Positions 1 through 13,067 of a stretch of DNA of 55,433 nucleotides are shown here, in pieces; the first letter of the stretch is position 1, and every line of letters starts with the position of its first letter. Source of the DNA: Prorocentrum cordatum (lineage: Eukaryota); NCBI GenBank assembly GCA_963575745.1, contig CAUYUJ010000158.1:62001-117433 (forward strand). The letters are read 5' to 3'. The notes under the pieces were generated by a model. That model had not been told where the DNA came from and did no database searches. It saw only the letters and a list, made by a program, of their open reading frames with translations. Position numbers and translations under genes: made by a program.

Positions 1-320
1 TTCGCGCAAATCTGCATATTCAGCTGGCGCTTATGTATCCGTGCTGTGCATTTCGCGCGTGAACTCACCGAGTGCCGACGAGCGTTTACCGAAACGCAGT
101 TCACGAAACCGTCAACTCTGAATGCCTCGAAGCCGTTACACCTCCTATTACAGAAACCTTAGCCATCAGGCCGATTGACACCTCAGACGCACAAATACGA
201 ATGTCATGTTCAATCGCGCCAGACACGCGCGATACTGGCCATGAACGACACGTGCTGTCGCACATCCAACCCGCGCAGCCACGCGCACGCAGCGTGCGCA
301 ATGCATTTGCCGATTGTCGC

Positions 321-416
321 CTTCACGGCGGCCTCGTCCTCCAGCAGGCCCTGCAGCACCTCCGTGGTGAGCACGGCGCTCAAAGGCACGGGCGGCGCCC
401 GCGGCGCGCTCTGTGC
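321..416 (-). CDS. RPN13: Rpn13 exon at the start of the C-terminal helical region (AQSAPRAPPVPLSAVLTTEVLQGLLEDEAAVK)
   Basis: Resembles the ADRM1 'L-x-x-V-L-T-x-E-x-x-x-x-x-L' segment before the DEUBAD/UCH37-binding domain. CAG acceptor at 418-417, GC donor at 320-319; 96 nt. The gene continues beyond the left edge. Confidence 0.78.
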
Positions 417-791
417 CTGGATGAGGGGGGGGAGAAGGGAAGGACTCGTGCGAAGACGACTACAGTTGGACTCGATTGGACAGGACACGCGAGAGGACAC
501 AAGACCCTTCCGAGGGCCACATTGCCACAGGAATGTCGGAAGCATTGGTCGCGAGACACAGGACACAAGGGTACCCTTGATTTGGCAGGGTCGACTTACT
601 AATCTGGGCCGACTGTAGCTTGTGGGTGCCAACCTCCCTTTGGTGGGACCATGCATTGGCTGCCCACCTGTGGCACGGTGGAACGGTAGAAAGCAGGCCC
701 CACTGTGAGCTGGGGTGGAGTCCCCGATCGTGTCCTGACGATCGGAAAAGGACGGGAGGAGGAGCGGGGAGGTAAACGCCCGGGCTGGGGC

Positions 792-920
792 CTGCAGGAA
801 CTGCTGCAAGATGGCCTGCAACTCGGGGTTGGGCTCCGCGGGAGCGCCCGGGGAGCTGGCGGTGGCTGCCGCAACGGGCGCAGAGCCGCTGCCGCTGCTG
901 CCCTTCTCTGGGATCTTGGC
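792..920 (-). CDS. RPN13: Rpn13 linker exon (AKIPEKGSSGSG...NPELQAILQQFLQ)
   Basis: AG acceptor at 922-921, GC donor at 791-790; 129 nt, keeps frame with both neighbouring exons; low-complexity linker as in ADRM1. Confidence 0.72.
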
Positions 921-1177
921 CTCGGCATCGTCGTCAAAGATGCCCTCCTCTTCCTCGTCGTCGTCCTCTTCTTTGGAAGGAGAGGCGGCGGAGGAAGGTA
1001 CTGATACTGTGCGATCTGGTCAGGGGCTCGGTGGGATGGCCAGGCTGTTCGCGCGACCGCACAATGCCCACTATGTTACCGACCTCAAGCGATTGTGCAA
1101 TCTGCGACCGCGCGGCCGTCGATCTTTCCAGTGGCCGAGATCATTGATCATGCAGCTGGGAAGTCCAAGATATTGAC

Positions 1178-1501
1178 CCCGACGGCATCGTTGAACTTCT
1201 TAATCAACGCCACGTCGCTGTTCTCATCTGGCTCCTGCATCCAGAAAATAAGTTTCTTATCGCTGGAGGTAAAGCGCAGGACGTAGACACGCCCGTCCTT
1301 GCACTTCTCGATCTTCTCAAAGTAGGCGTCGTTGATCACGATGAGATCAAGGGCCGTGTCGTTCTTCTCGCGGTTGGCCCATCGGAAATGCATCAATCCG
1401 TCCTCCTCGGTGGTGACGAGCGCAACCTTGCCTTTCGACTTTTCTGGCGTGACGAGGCGGCCGTCCCACTTGCACTGGCCCGCCCGGAACTCCACGTGCA
1501 C
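1178..1501 (-). CDS. RPN13: Rpn13/ADRM1 proteasomal ubiquitin receptor, Pru (PH-like) domain exon
   Basis: Translates VHVEFRAGQCKWDGRLVTPEKSKGKVALV...LMHFRWANRE...GRVYVLRFTSSDKKLIFWMQEPD...KKFNDAVG, the typical Pru-domain pattern. AG acceptor at 1503-1502, probable GT donor at 1177-1176; 324 nt, phase 0. Confidence 0.93.
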
Positions 1502-2729
1502 CTGCGTAGACCGAGCCCGCACCCGACTCCTCTGCGTGCGGATATGAGTTCCCGGCGTGGCCAATTGTTCGCACAGGCGAGAGAGTGGAACACGAGGGTT
1601 CGGCGGCCCTCTGGGGCGCCAGATCGGGCCGGTGCTCATGTGGAACGAGGTCCGCCCAAGTATGGACGTCCCCGTGGAAGGAACGATGTGCCACCTCCCT
1701 GCAAACAACCAACGTCTTCGTAGCTTTGTTCGAATCGACGCATCGCTGGAAATCAAACAAGGACTGGGCACCATCCCGAATCTCACCCCGCCCTAACTCT
1801 TGTGCAGTTTTCCCAATCATGGAGCACGTGCCGTTTCCCACGGCGAGAACCTCAGATGATCTTTCAACTCGGAAACTTCAAACATTCCAAACACTGCAAA
1901 GAGGCACCCCTGCGCTAATTGAGCCTCGACGCAGCCACTTCAAATAAACACAAGTTTGTGTGTGTTCAAACAACGAGTGACCGATATAGTAGAGACGAAG
2001 AGATATCACCAACAGTAAGAAGCATCGTGCACGCGCTTCATGTGCGATGCGCGCCACCCTTGCACAAGTCGCTGAGCCACTCGCACCACTTGCACGATAC
2101 GAACTTGCATGACTCGGGTCTCAGGCGGCCGTTTGGGACGACCCTGGCCTTTCCTGGAGGCTTATCAACGAGGTGCAACACATGGAAAACTTCCTGGACC
2201 CGAAAAACTCCAGGCGTCCCAGACCTCTGGCGTCGTCATTTTGCACGCCGCGGACCCCAGGAGCTTTCGACACCATCCCTAGAGACCGGCTTCTTGCCGC
2301 GGCTGGTTTATCGATGGCCCTGGGGCCCGAAAGCAGCCCTCCAAAGGGTCAAAATTCAGGAAAACGCCAGCCGTTGTTGTTTTTGTTGTTTGAAACGGAA
2401 ACGGCCCCAAACTTTTTCCTTTTTGAAAAAAGAAACAGTATTTTCTCAAGTTTGGGCGTCTCGTTTTTCAGCCGCATATCTGGTCTCCAGCGCCCGTTCG
2501 GGACGACTCGCACACCCCCGCACCACTCTCGGCGCGGCGCAGCTGCTGGAGAGAACCCGGGGGCCCTTGAACGGTCAGAAACGTTTCCAAGCACCCGAAA
2601 GCGTGCTATCACTTCTGATTGGCCCTCCTCTTCTTCCTCCTCCTCCTCCTCCTCCTCTAGTGTATTAATCTGTGTTTCTGCATTGATATGTTTGCCAACG
2701 AGGACCTCAAACAATGTATTTCTAGCATA

Positions 2730-2960
2730 CGGGTGGTGCAGTCGATGTGGCGCAGTACATGTTGTGCGATAGGTGTGGTGCAACATATGTCGTGCGCTTT
2801 ATACTGCTCAAATATGTTGTGAAATCCATGCAGTGCCATCGATGCGGCTCAATATATGTTGTGCAAGCTTTGTGGTGCAATCTAAATGGTGCAACCGATG
2901 TCGCGCAATCTATGCAACGCAATATATGTGGTGCAATCTATGTGGTGCAGTCCACTCTGC
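2730..2960. repeat. Degenerate ~14-bp TGTGGTGCAATCTA tandem repeat (second block at 5610-5910)
   Basis: Repeated tgtggtgcaatcta variants in both blocks. Confidence 0.75.
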
Positions 2961-2969
2961 TGAACTTGA

Positions 2970-4814
2970 AGTCGTCATCTCCACTGCTCGCGCGAACATC
3001 CCACCTACCCACCCGCAACTTGGTTTACAAAACCTGTTAAGACCGACTGCGACGACACCGACGACAACGACTAGGACGGCACCGACGACGTCTCCGACGA
3101 CTTCGACGACGATCACGACGCCGACGCCGACGACGACGAAGACGACGACGCCAACGAAGGCGACGACGAGGGAGGAGGAAGAACGACGACGGCGACAACG
3201 ACGACAACGACGACAACGACGAGGGAGGAGGGAGGACGGCGACGACGCGAACGACGACGAAGGCGGAAGGACGGCGACGCCGACGACGACAACGACGAGG
3301 GAGGAGGGACGACGACGACGACAACGACGACGACGACGGCGACGAAATAGGAGGGACGACGACGAGACGCCGACGACGGACGACGACGACGACGTGGGAG
3401 GAGGAGGAAGGACGACCACAGCGACAACGACGACGGAAACGACCACGACGCCAAAGAGGACGACGACGACGAACACGAGAAAAGACAGAGGACGACGTAG
3501 GCGACGACGACGACGACGCGGTAGGAGGGAGGACGGCGACGACGACGACGACGACGACGCAAGAGCGCGCGCGCACGCTTTTGTTGAAAATCCGTGTTGC
3601 GAAAGCTTGGGTTTTTGTAGGTTTTTTGGACGCACAATTTTGAAATCCTTCCGAAACCGATGGGTTTTGAAAGTTTTCGGCGTGCGCCCGCGACGACGCG
3701 CGCGTCTGCACTTCGTCCCATTTTTGGCAGAGGATTCTCGCGACGGCACACGCGCAAGGGCGTTCGACAGATTTCGACATGCGCGCGCGCGAAGCCCGTT
3801 TGGTAGCATTTTGTGCAAATCTTGAAAAAACTATGGTTTTCTTAAGACTTCGCAAGAGTTCGCGCGGAAGCTTTTCTAGCAAATCAGTGTTGCGAAACCA
3901 TGTGCTTTTGAATGTTTTATTGGAAACTCGATTGTGAAATCCTTCCGGCACCGAAGGTTTTTGAAGGATTTCGGCATGTGCGCGCGACGACGCGCGCGTG
4001 TGCACTTCGTCTCATTTTTGCAAGGGATTCGCGAAAAAGTGTTATGTTAGAACAAAAAATGTCACCGCATTTTTTTTTTGTTGTTTTTTTTGTATTTATA
4101 AAAAAAACCTCAGGGGGGGAAACCGGTTTGGCTGGGATGGTATGATTTCATATTTAGGATGGACGAGTGTGCAGAATATATATATGTATATATATATATG
4201 AAATCATACTATCCCAGGGGGAGCCGAGAAGTCTGGGGGGGGGTAGAGTCTATTCTCTTTTTAGAAAGGAAAATTCACTGTGACTGTCTTGAAGCTGTCC
4301 TCCCCGCCGCTCGTACAAACATCCCGCCCTCCCACACGCAACTTGGTCGCAAGACTTCTTAAGACTGTGACGGGGGGTACCAAATGGCACTTGGCAACGA
4401 CAGCGACGCCGACGACGACAGCGACAACGACCACGACGACTACGCCGACGACTACGACGACACCGACGACGTCTCCGACGATTTCGACGACGACGACGAC
4501 AGCGACACCGACGACGACGACGCCGACGACGACGACGATGACGACGCCGACAACGACGACGGCGACGACGGCGCCGACGACGAGAAAGACGACGACGACG
4601 ACGTCGACGCCGACGACGACGCCGACGACGACGACGAAGACGACGATGACGTCGCCGACGCCGACGACGCCGACGACGACGAGGGAGGAGGGAGGATGAC
4701 GACGGCGACAACGACGACAATGACGAGGGAGGAGGGAGGACGGCGACGACTGGAACGACGAAGAAGGAGGGAGGACGGCGACGCCGACGACGACAACGAT
4801 GAGGGAGGAGGGAA

Positions 4815-4861
<47 letters not shown>

Positions 4862-5047
4862 CGACGAAATAGGAGGGACGACGACGAGACGCCGACGACG
4901 GACGACGACGACGACGACGAGGGAGGAGGAAGGACGACCAATGCGACAACGACGACGGAAACGACGACGACGCCAAATAGGACGACGACGACGACGAGGA
5001 AAGACAGAGGACGACGATGGCGACGACGACGACGAAGGAGGAGGGAG

Positions 5048-5079
<32 letters not shown>

Positions 5080-5590
5080 TACAAGAGCGCGCGCGCACGC
5101 TTTTGTTGAAAATCCGTTTTGCGAAACCCTTTATTTTGTATGTTATTTCGTACGATCGAACGATTTCGACATGCGCGCGCGAAGCCCCCTTTTAAGATTT
5201 CGCAAGAGCGCACGTGTAAGCTTTTTTAGAACATCAGTGTTGCGGAACCCTGTGTTTTTGTATGTTTTTTTGGAAACTCAATTTTGAATTCCTGCCGAAA
5301 CCACGAGTTTTCGAAGGAATTCGGCATGCGCGCGCGACGACGCGCGCGCGTGCACTTCGGCCCCTTTTTTGTAAGGGATTCTTGAAAACTTATGATTTTT
5401 GATAAACGAGTGTGCGCGCATAGTTTTTTTAAGAGGATGGTGTGGGGGGGGTCGATACCGGCCTGGCTGGGATAGAATGAGTTCACAGGTAGGATGAACG
5501 ATGGGGCAGAATCATATGTAAATTGCAATGTGAAATGGGGGATCGATAATTCCCGGGGGAGGTAGAGTCTATTCTTATTTTAGAAAGGAG
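2970..5590. repeat. Diverged tandem duplication of a ~1.3 kb (GAC)n-rich unit inside the putative Rpn13 intron
   Basis: Units at about 2970-4270 and 4290-5590 share a start (...aacatccc...cgcaacttggt), the internal aagagcgcgcgcgcacgcttttgttgaaaatccgt, and an end (ggtagagtctattct...tagaaagga). Confidence 0.85.
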
Positions 5591-6232
5591 AATCTATCGG
5601 GTGAGTCATATGTTGTGCACTCTATATGCTGTCGTGTAGTTTATGCAGCCCATGTGGTGCATTATATTCGGTTCAGTCAGTGTTGTGCAAGCTAGGTGGT
5701 GCAGTCGAAGTGTTGCAATCTATCTTGTTCAATCTATGTTGTGCAATACAGATGTGGTGCAATATTTGTGGTGCATGTATGTGATGCAATGTAGGCTGTT
5801 CACTTTATTCGGTGCTATCTCTGTTGCGCAAACTGTGTGGTGCAAGATCTGTGGCGCAATCTATGCGATGCAATCTCTGTGGTGTAATCTGTGCAGTGCA
5901 ATCTACGTTGCGCGACCTAAGGCGGCGACGAGGCGGCGACGGCGGCCACGCAGCCGCCAGACCGAAGACACGGCCCAGACGACGGGCGGCGACGAGGCGC
6001 CGACGGGGCGGCGACGGCGGCCACATGGCCGCCAGACCGAAGACCCGGCTCAGTTCCCTAGAGCAGAAGTGAGAGCCCCTAAGTGCAAGCACTCTTTGGG
6101 GAACAAGTCGTTTTAGATTGACCCATTGATCTATGTATATGTATATATCTGTACATACAGGTAGAGAACGACGAAGAGAGAGGGAGAGAGAAAGAGAGAG
6201 AGAAAGAACAAACAAACAACGAGAAAGAGAGA

Positions 6233-6275
<43 letters not shown>

Positions 6276-6333
6276 AGAAACAAAAAGGAGACAGAGAGGG
6301 GGGCGGCGGCGAGGAGGCCCTGGCCTCGCCCGC

Positions 6334-6357
6334 CTGCGCCTGCTGCGGCTGGAACAT
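6334..6357 (-). CDS. RPN13: Putative first coding exon of Rpn13 (MFQPQQAQ)
   Basis: ATG at 6357, ends CAG|GC. Joins in frame to VHVEFRAG across a repeat-filled intron of about 4.8 kb. A degenerate SL lies about 70 nt upstream. Inference only. Confidence 0.5.
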
Positions 6358-6425
6358 CGCCGCGGCCCCACCCCCGCCCGGGGCGGAGGTCGGCACCCGG
6401 CGCCGCCTCGGCAGCCTCGCGCCTT

Positions 6426-6444
6426 CTCCAGCCACAGCGGCTGC
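6426..6444 (-). other. Degenerate DinoSL relic
   Basis: GCAGCCGCTGTGGCTGGAG vs GTAGCCATTTTGGCTCAAG: 13/19 identity, in 5'UTR position. Confidence 0.4.
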
Positions 6445-6463
6445 CCCGAGGGGGGAGGCCGCG

Positions 6464-6497
<34 letters not shown>

Positions 6498-6932
6498 GTG
6501 TGTGTGTGTGTGGGACCGCTGAGGACATAGAAGGGGGAGAGCGAGAGGGGGGTGTCAGGTTGGGAAGGGGGGGGGCGGAAGGGGCCAGGCGTCAAGCCGA
6601 TGTTGGGCCCCGTCAGCGTCGCGGGAGGGGGTGGGTTGGTGGAGCGATGGGGGGGGAGGCTGAGGGACAGCGAGGGGTGGGGTGTGGGGAGGGTTGGGGA
6701 TTGCGGATTCACCGCGGGGGGCCGGGAAGATCGCGCCGTAACGCGGGGGAGAGCGCACAGCGTGTCGATCCACCTCCCCCATCCTTATCTGAAACTACCT
6801 TCTGAATCCACATTCCTCCCCCCCCCCGTGGCGAGGAGGGGAGGCGAGAATGAAGGGGAGGATGAAAATGGGGAGGAGGAGGACGAGGAGCAAGATGAGG
6901 AGGAGGACGAGGAGGAGGAGGAGGAGGAGGAG

Positions 6933-7622
6933 GACCAGTGTAAACCCAAGAGTCATCAACGATGTTGGAATAAACGCTCCCTCCAAACTGCCTCTTCAAT
7001 AGGCCCCTATAAAGGGTTTATTTTCATTGAGGGAACTACCTCGTTGGACGGCAATCGTTGCAAGACCCTGAAGCATGCCAAAACATTATTCTCGGGACTC
7101 CGACGCCACGGACCTGACTGTTGTGTCTTTACGATCCTGGACGTGCCAAAACGCCGTCCCTGGGACTTCAACACCGCGAATCAACGTAACGGTTGCACTC
7201 TTCTAATCCTGGATCTTTTCAACACAATTTCTGGTACGTTGACCATAAGAACCCGTGAAACTCTTGCAACTCTTAGAAGAAATGTGCACGGTGCTAAGGC
7301 GAGAGCCATATGTTGAAAAGGAACCGCCCTCAATCCGTGAACCTCTTGCAATTTTAATGAATGTGCGCGGCGCTAAAGCGAGAGCCACATTTTGAAAACC
7401 ATCCGCCCTCACTCCGTCAAGCCCTTGCAGCTGTTTAAAACGAATGTGCGCGGCGCTAAGGCGAGAGCCACATTTTGAAAACCACCAGGTTTCCATCAGT
7501 GAAGCTGTTGCCAAATTTTAAGCTCAAGGTCATCAATGAAGTCTTAGGCGAAACGCCCGGCCCGCCCCCAAAACTGGCCTCGGGGTGCGACAGGCAGAAA
7601 TTATTTATGAGGAAAAGGAATG
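6933..7622 (+). repeat. ~0.7-0.85 kb dispersed repeat flanked by (GGA)n; other copies at 37900-38472 (-), 39243-39958, 40017-40700 and 53448-54298
   Basis: Shared start gaccagtgtaaacccaag..catcaacga, internal aatgtgcgcggcgctaaagcgagagccacattttgaaaa subrepeats, and end ggggtgcgacagg..aaattattt..aaaaggaatgga. Confidence 0.85.
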
Positions 7623-7879
7623 GATGAGGAGGAAGAGGAGGAGAAGGAGGACGATGAGGAGGCACCTCGCCCGAGCCCGCCCCAGCCGCAAGGCGAACGA
7701 GCGGCGCCTAGGCGTGGCGCGAAATGGCGGACCCGGCGCCCGGACCAAAGCCTCGGGCACCTGCGGTTCTTCGCCTTTTTCGCCGTTTTCGCCTCACGAA
7801 ATGAACTCCAACTCCCGTAAGCCCAGACCTGTCCGGACAGCTTAGCCCGGTTGGGGTACGCCGCGCGCACAGGCAGGCC

Positions 7880-9010
7880 ATGCGCGACATTGCCACTTTG
7901 AAACACATCTTCGAGGAGAATGGCCATCAGCAGAAGAAGGAATACATCGTCATCCAGGTCAAGCAGAATGCCATCGTTGCCCCTTCAGTGCCACGCAGAC
8001 GCTGGACCCAACACACGCCTATCGCCCTGAATGTTGCCGCGAGTGAGCTCGTGCTGAACCAGCTTGGACTCTGGGAGGCTGACAGTGACGAGCTCGCGCC
8101 AGGTCCCGAGCCGCTGATCCTGCCGCCCTTCATCCCAACCATCGGCACAGATGTCGTACAGTCATTCGAACACGTCGTACAGTCATTCTATACGCCATGC
8201 ACACCTTCGGCACATCCCGACTGGGTTTGGGGAAGAAGCCAAACAGTGGTTCGAGGTCACCTTGAAACCGACGGCGGCGACAGCGGCTACAGCGGCACAT
8301 GTGCCAAGCCGAACTGAACTGGGCTAGCGAGCCCAAGGACGCTAGGGCTCCCAACTTCGCGCTTCGCGCTTCGCGCTTCGCGAAGCGCGAATAACTTCGC
8401 GCTCTCGCGCCGCCCTCCCAAAGGGAGAATAGGAGGACGAGGAGGAGGGGGAGAAGGAACGAGGACCGCGAAGCGCGAAGCGCGAATAACTTCGCGCCCT
8501 CGAGGGAGCCCCAGGACGCAGCCCGCGCCGCCGAGATTGCGCCTTCGGGGTCAGTACCAGCGAGCTCCTGAGGGAGCAGCGGCTGCACCCGCCGCGAGTA
8601 CGCCTACAGGGCCAGTGCCAACGAGAGCTCCCAGGGGAGCAGCGGACGGCGCTGCCGCGGGCGAGGACGTGCCGGAGGCGGAGCCCGAGAAGGCTGCGGA
8701 ACCGCTCGCCGACGCCAGCGCCGACGTCGACGCCAGTGCCAACGCCGCCGCTGACGCCGACAGCAGCCTCTGAGGCGCAACCACGATTCGCATCACGTGC
8801 AGCGGCGAGCTGGACATCTCCAGCGTCCAAGCCACCTCCATCCTCTTCGGCCCGATCATCGTCATCGGAATAGCCGACGACAGGACTGTGGTCACCGACA
8901 ACAAAGTTGAGGCTGCTCGGAATGCCGTGGACCACATGCTTTGTAACGTGTCGTGGAACACGCGATGCAGTGTGACTGTGATGGGCACTCTTTCCAGGGC
9001 GTTCAGGGTG
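7880..9010 (+). pseudogene. Degraded coding-like sequence of unknown family, interrupted by a small insertion
   Basis: Protein-like ORF pieces (7880-8317, 8537-8773, then past a stop into 8774-9010) with GC3-biased codons; no recognisable domain. Confidence 0.3.
8343..8513. mobile_element. MITE-like insertion
   Basis: Ends TAGGGCTCCC / GGGAGCCCCA (9/10 inverted), direct flank GGACGC on both sides, internal (TTCGCGC)n / (GCGCGAA)n inverted subrepeats. Confidence 0.6.
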
Positions 9011-10505
9011 TTTTCTCAGCCATTTTCCCTCTTCCGACACGCGTCTCTGCCTCCTCCCACTCGGCGCCCCCCCAACCTCAGCAGGAGCTCGCGGCCGCTG
9101 CCGCCCTCCCCCAGCCACTTGCTACAGAGGGCTACGGTGCTAAGCCCGCGAAGAACACCACAAAAAAACACCGAAACGGGTCGTCGAGGCTCGGGGTGAA
9201 CCGCCAAACCAAAGGGTTCCCGGCGCCAGCCCTGTCAGAGCTCACGACCTCCTGCCCTTTCATGTTCACATGGCCTCTTATACCTCTTCCCTTTGCACTT
9301 CGGGGTCGGAGGAGGCGGGGCAAGTGTGTGAGGTTCTCACTACATCGGTAGCGGAGGAGGCAGGGAGTGCACCAAAACCCCCGGCGAGGGCGATGTCCAG
9401 CGCCCGGCCCGCCAACACCGTGCTTTTCACCTTGCCCTACAACGCGGCCAGCATGAAGGGTAGCTTGAGCCACGATTTATGTTTCGGCCAACGACCTCCG
9501 TCCTTCCCAATACCCTCCCCTCCGCCACTCGCTGCGCCCTGCCAGCAACCACAAATCAGGCCTGGAATACCAAGGCCACCAGTCAGAAGCCTTTCGAAGA
9601 AAGCATTGTCCACCCACCGTGCCAGAGCGACCGTGCCATCACATTGCTTAAGCTGGCCCAGGGCGGCCGGAGTGCCGCAGAAGAGTCGTCCAACCCTCCT
9701 CCCGACTTGCCTTCCCTCACTCACCCTGGCCTGCCTTTTCCTGCCTCACCCGTGCCGCTGACCGATAGAGATCGGGAATCGGGGGGGGGGTAGAGGATGG
9801 GGACAAGGAGAAGTCTTCGAAGGCACAGGTTGCCAACTAGCCGCCTGCCGGCGCTTGCCCGCACCTGCCCGCCCGCCCGTCTGCCCGCGTCCCGACCAAC
9901 GGCGTCCCTCCACCGCCGCCCGTGCAACCCAATCTGACAACCACTGCCCGCCGCCACATCTGCTGTCACCTCCCTCCCCTCCCCTTCCACGCTCATAAAG
10001 ATTCCCGCCCTCCCCTCCTCATCCGCTCAAAGAACTGCACATGTGACCGCCCGTGGTACCGGGGCCCCCCAGGGCAAGCGGGACACCAGGGGGGTGGTGG
10101 TGGAGGATGGGCGAAGCTTCGAAGAGGAGGTTGGCACCCCCCCTGGTTCGGAGTGAGCCTGTGGCCTGGCCTCGCTTGTCGAGCGCAGACGGCGCCCATG
10201 GGGGCGGGGCCACTTCTTCGTGCTTCTTTGCGCTTCTCCCCCCCCCCCAGTGGCGATGTCCGCCAGGGGGGGGGGAGGCCGCGTCAGTGTGATTCAGAGG
10301 CCATCAGCAGTAACAGGAGGAGGAGGAGGAGGAGGAGGAGGAGGAGGAGGAGGAGGAGGAGGAGGAGGAGGAGAGAGGAGGAGGAGGAGGATGAGGAGGA
10401 GGAGGAGGAGGAGGAGAGGAGGAGGAGGAGGAGGAGGAGGAGCAGGAGGAGGAGGAGGAGGAGGAGGAACTCTTTGATAACGGACGCTGTCCTGGGAACG
10501 ATTTT

Positions 10506-11308
10506 TTAATTACTGGAGCTACGGTCCCCAGCCCCTTCGGGCTGGGGCTCCTGGGCCCGACCAAGCCAGGAGGGAGCCGCGGGCCTACTCCCCGCTCCCA
10601 TCTGAACCCCTGAATGCCCAGCACCCTGGCCAGGCAGGTCGGCTCCTGGGTCTTGTGATGGCGGACGTCGGAGTTCCGCCTCAGCCACAACACGCAGCTC
10701 GTTTCTGGCCCTTATGGCCTCTCGAATTGCTTTCGGGGGTCCTTCTCTCCGCGGGAACAGGCCTTTGGCCAGCCTCACCAGGTTCTCCGAACCTTTCGGG
10801 GTCCTCCCTCCACATCTGGAAACTAAATTCCTGGGGTCAACGGTCACATTTTGGCCACAGGCCGAGCCACATGCAGAAACCATTTTTCCACATACTGAAT
10901 TATGTGAGAGGGGTGAATCCGCTCGCACACCCTGAGCCCTCGTGTGGCTGGTGCGATCCTGTCGCCTGGAGCGGCCTGGGACCTCCCAACTTCAGCAGGG
11001 GGCCCTGAACACGTCGCGGCCGCAAGCTCCCGAGTTTTGTATCGGGGAAAGACCCTCTCACACACCGTGCACCACCAAGAACATGTGCCGTGACCGCAGG
11101 GCTGCAGTAGGTGGTCAGACGCTGCAGGAACTCTCTCAAGCCTGGACGGTCGCGCCTCCTTCTTCAAAGGGGCACGCTCCGCTCGGGCTTTGTCCTCAGC
11201 CTCAGCTGCACACGCCAGGGTTCGTCTGGCCCTCCGTCTGATCAGCGCGGCTGTAACATCAATTCTGTCAGTGTCAGGAACTCTCCCCACAACCCCCGCC
11301 CACGCCAA
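10506..11308 (-). pseudogene. C-terminal Cys/His-rich region of the retrotransposon ORF2
   Basis: DHLLQ..WWCTVC..ATC and SH..CGSACG..LVSRC..GSENLVRLAKGLFP in frameshifted pieces downstream of RNase H. Confidence 0.6.
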
Positions 11309-11416
11309 CTCCGCCGCCTCCCCCGCCCACGAATCAGCACAGGCGTTGCCAGAGGCATAAAAGAGTTTCTCTCGGGTGTCTAGCTCTGCGAGGGCCTCCT
11401 CCTGGTGAGAAGGGAA

Positions 11417-12021
11417 CTACTGAACATCTAAGTCCTGATTTCTACGGCCCTGGAACGCTTTGCGGGCCCGAGTCCATAAATCTTCATTCGCCCCTGTAAG
11501 GTTTGGTCTGCTAAAACGGGCCCTCCAGGTCCTGGAGATCGTCCTGTGATCCGTTGGAAACGTGAAGGGCAGGTCCGTCTCTACTTGTTCAAGTGCTAGG
11601 CAGAAGGCTAAAACTTCGGCTCGGGAGACTGCTTGAACTTCTCCAATGGGCGGAACCCCGAAGGCCTCCCCCAAGGTCCCCCCCTCCAGAATCTTCGACA
11701 AGCCCGGCGATCGCTGCGCCGCAGCGACGTCTTCTCGGGTCATCTGAAGGCTTGCCCCCGAGCCGTCTCCAAATGTGAACACTCTGCCAGCCTCCGTGCA
11801 TTCGGCGCAGCCGTGAGACTTATATTCAATCAGTGACAGAGCAATGCGAGCCTCGTCGAACTCAGGGGTGGTGAGGCTGACGGACGGGAGGCCCCGCAGC
11901 CACAACCCTGGCGACGCCTCATGCTGAGGCGCTGCCTGGGGCACCAACCTCTCTGTCTTCTCGAAGTCCTCGTGTGGCCCGTCTTCTTTTCGCATTCCCA
12001 TATTCGATGGTATAACGATTC
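11417..12021 (-). pseudogene. Zinc-finger remainder plus RNase H domain of the retrotransposon
   Basis: ESLYHRIWEC, then after a frameshift FTFGDGSG, QAVSRAEVLAF, FPTDH and ANEDLW (RNase HI D-E-D motifs). Confidence 0.85.
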
Positions 12022-12279
12022 TTTTTCCCGGAAAGGGCTTAAGCCCAGGGTTCTCTTTTAGTTTGTAAACTTAGTCCCCCGGTGCCTGCTTGAAGGAGGC
12101 CGGCGAATTTTTTCCCTGATAAATAACGAGGTCGAAGGAGGCCGGCGAATTTTTCCCTGATAAATAACGAGCCCGAGAATTAAAATTGAGGATGTCTCGA
12201 GCGAAACGCTTGTTTTTGAGGCCGGCGAATTAAAATTTGAGGATGTCTCGAGCGAAACGCTTGTTTTTGAAATCCCGAC

Positions 12280-13067
12280 CTCACCACACCCCAGCACGCA
12301 CGACCACGCCCCAGCACAACCACCCCCCAGCACGACCACCCCCCCAGCACGACCACACCCCAGCACGACCACCCCCCAGCACGACCACACCCCAGCACGA
12401 CCACTCCCTAGCACGACCACACCCCAGCACGACCCCACCCCAGCACGACCCCACCCTAGCACGACCACACCCCAGCACGACCACACCCCAGCACGACCAC
12501 ACCCCAGCACGACCCCACCCAGCACGACCCCACCCCAGCACGACCACACCCCAGCACGACCACACCCCAGCAGGACCCCACCCCAGCACGACCCCACCCC
12601 AGCACGGCCCCACCCCAGCAAGACCACACCCCAGCACGACCACACCCCAGCACGACCTCACCACAGCACGACCACTCCCCAGCACGACCCCACCCCAGCA
12701 CGACCACGCCCCAGCACGACCACACCCCAGCACGATCACACCCCAGAACGACCACACCCCAGCACGACCCCACCCAAGCACGACCCCACCCCAGCACGAT
12801 CACACCTCAGCACGACCACACCCCAGCAGGACCCCACCCCAGCACGACCCCACCCCAGCACGGCCCCACCCCAGCAAGACCACACCCCAGCACGACCACA
12901 CTCCAGCACGACCTCACCACAGCACGACCACTCCCCAGCACGATCACGCCCCAGCACGACCACGCCCCAGCACGACCACTCCCCAGCACGACCACCTCCC
13001 AGCACGACCCCCCCCCCAGCACGACCACCCCCCCAGCACGACCACCCCCCCAGCACGACCACCTCCC
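12280..13067. repeat. 16-bp satellite (CCACACCCCAGCACGA)n; further arrays at 14371-14700, 26320-27245, 28050-29010 and 29452-29806
   Basis: Direct inspection; it generates the spurious PARPHPSTTTPQHD / GVVVLGCGRA ORFs. Confidence 0.97.

Noticed and set aside
1502..1786. N-terminal extension of the 212-aa Rpn13 ORF
   Set aside because: Lies upstream of a clear CAG acceptor and does not resemble Rpn13; intron read-through.
9464..9487. Possible SL relic (TGGCTCAAG on the minus strand)
   Set aside because: Only the last 9 nt match without gaps, and no convincing ORF follows.
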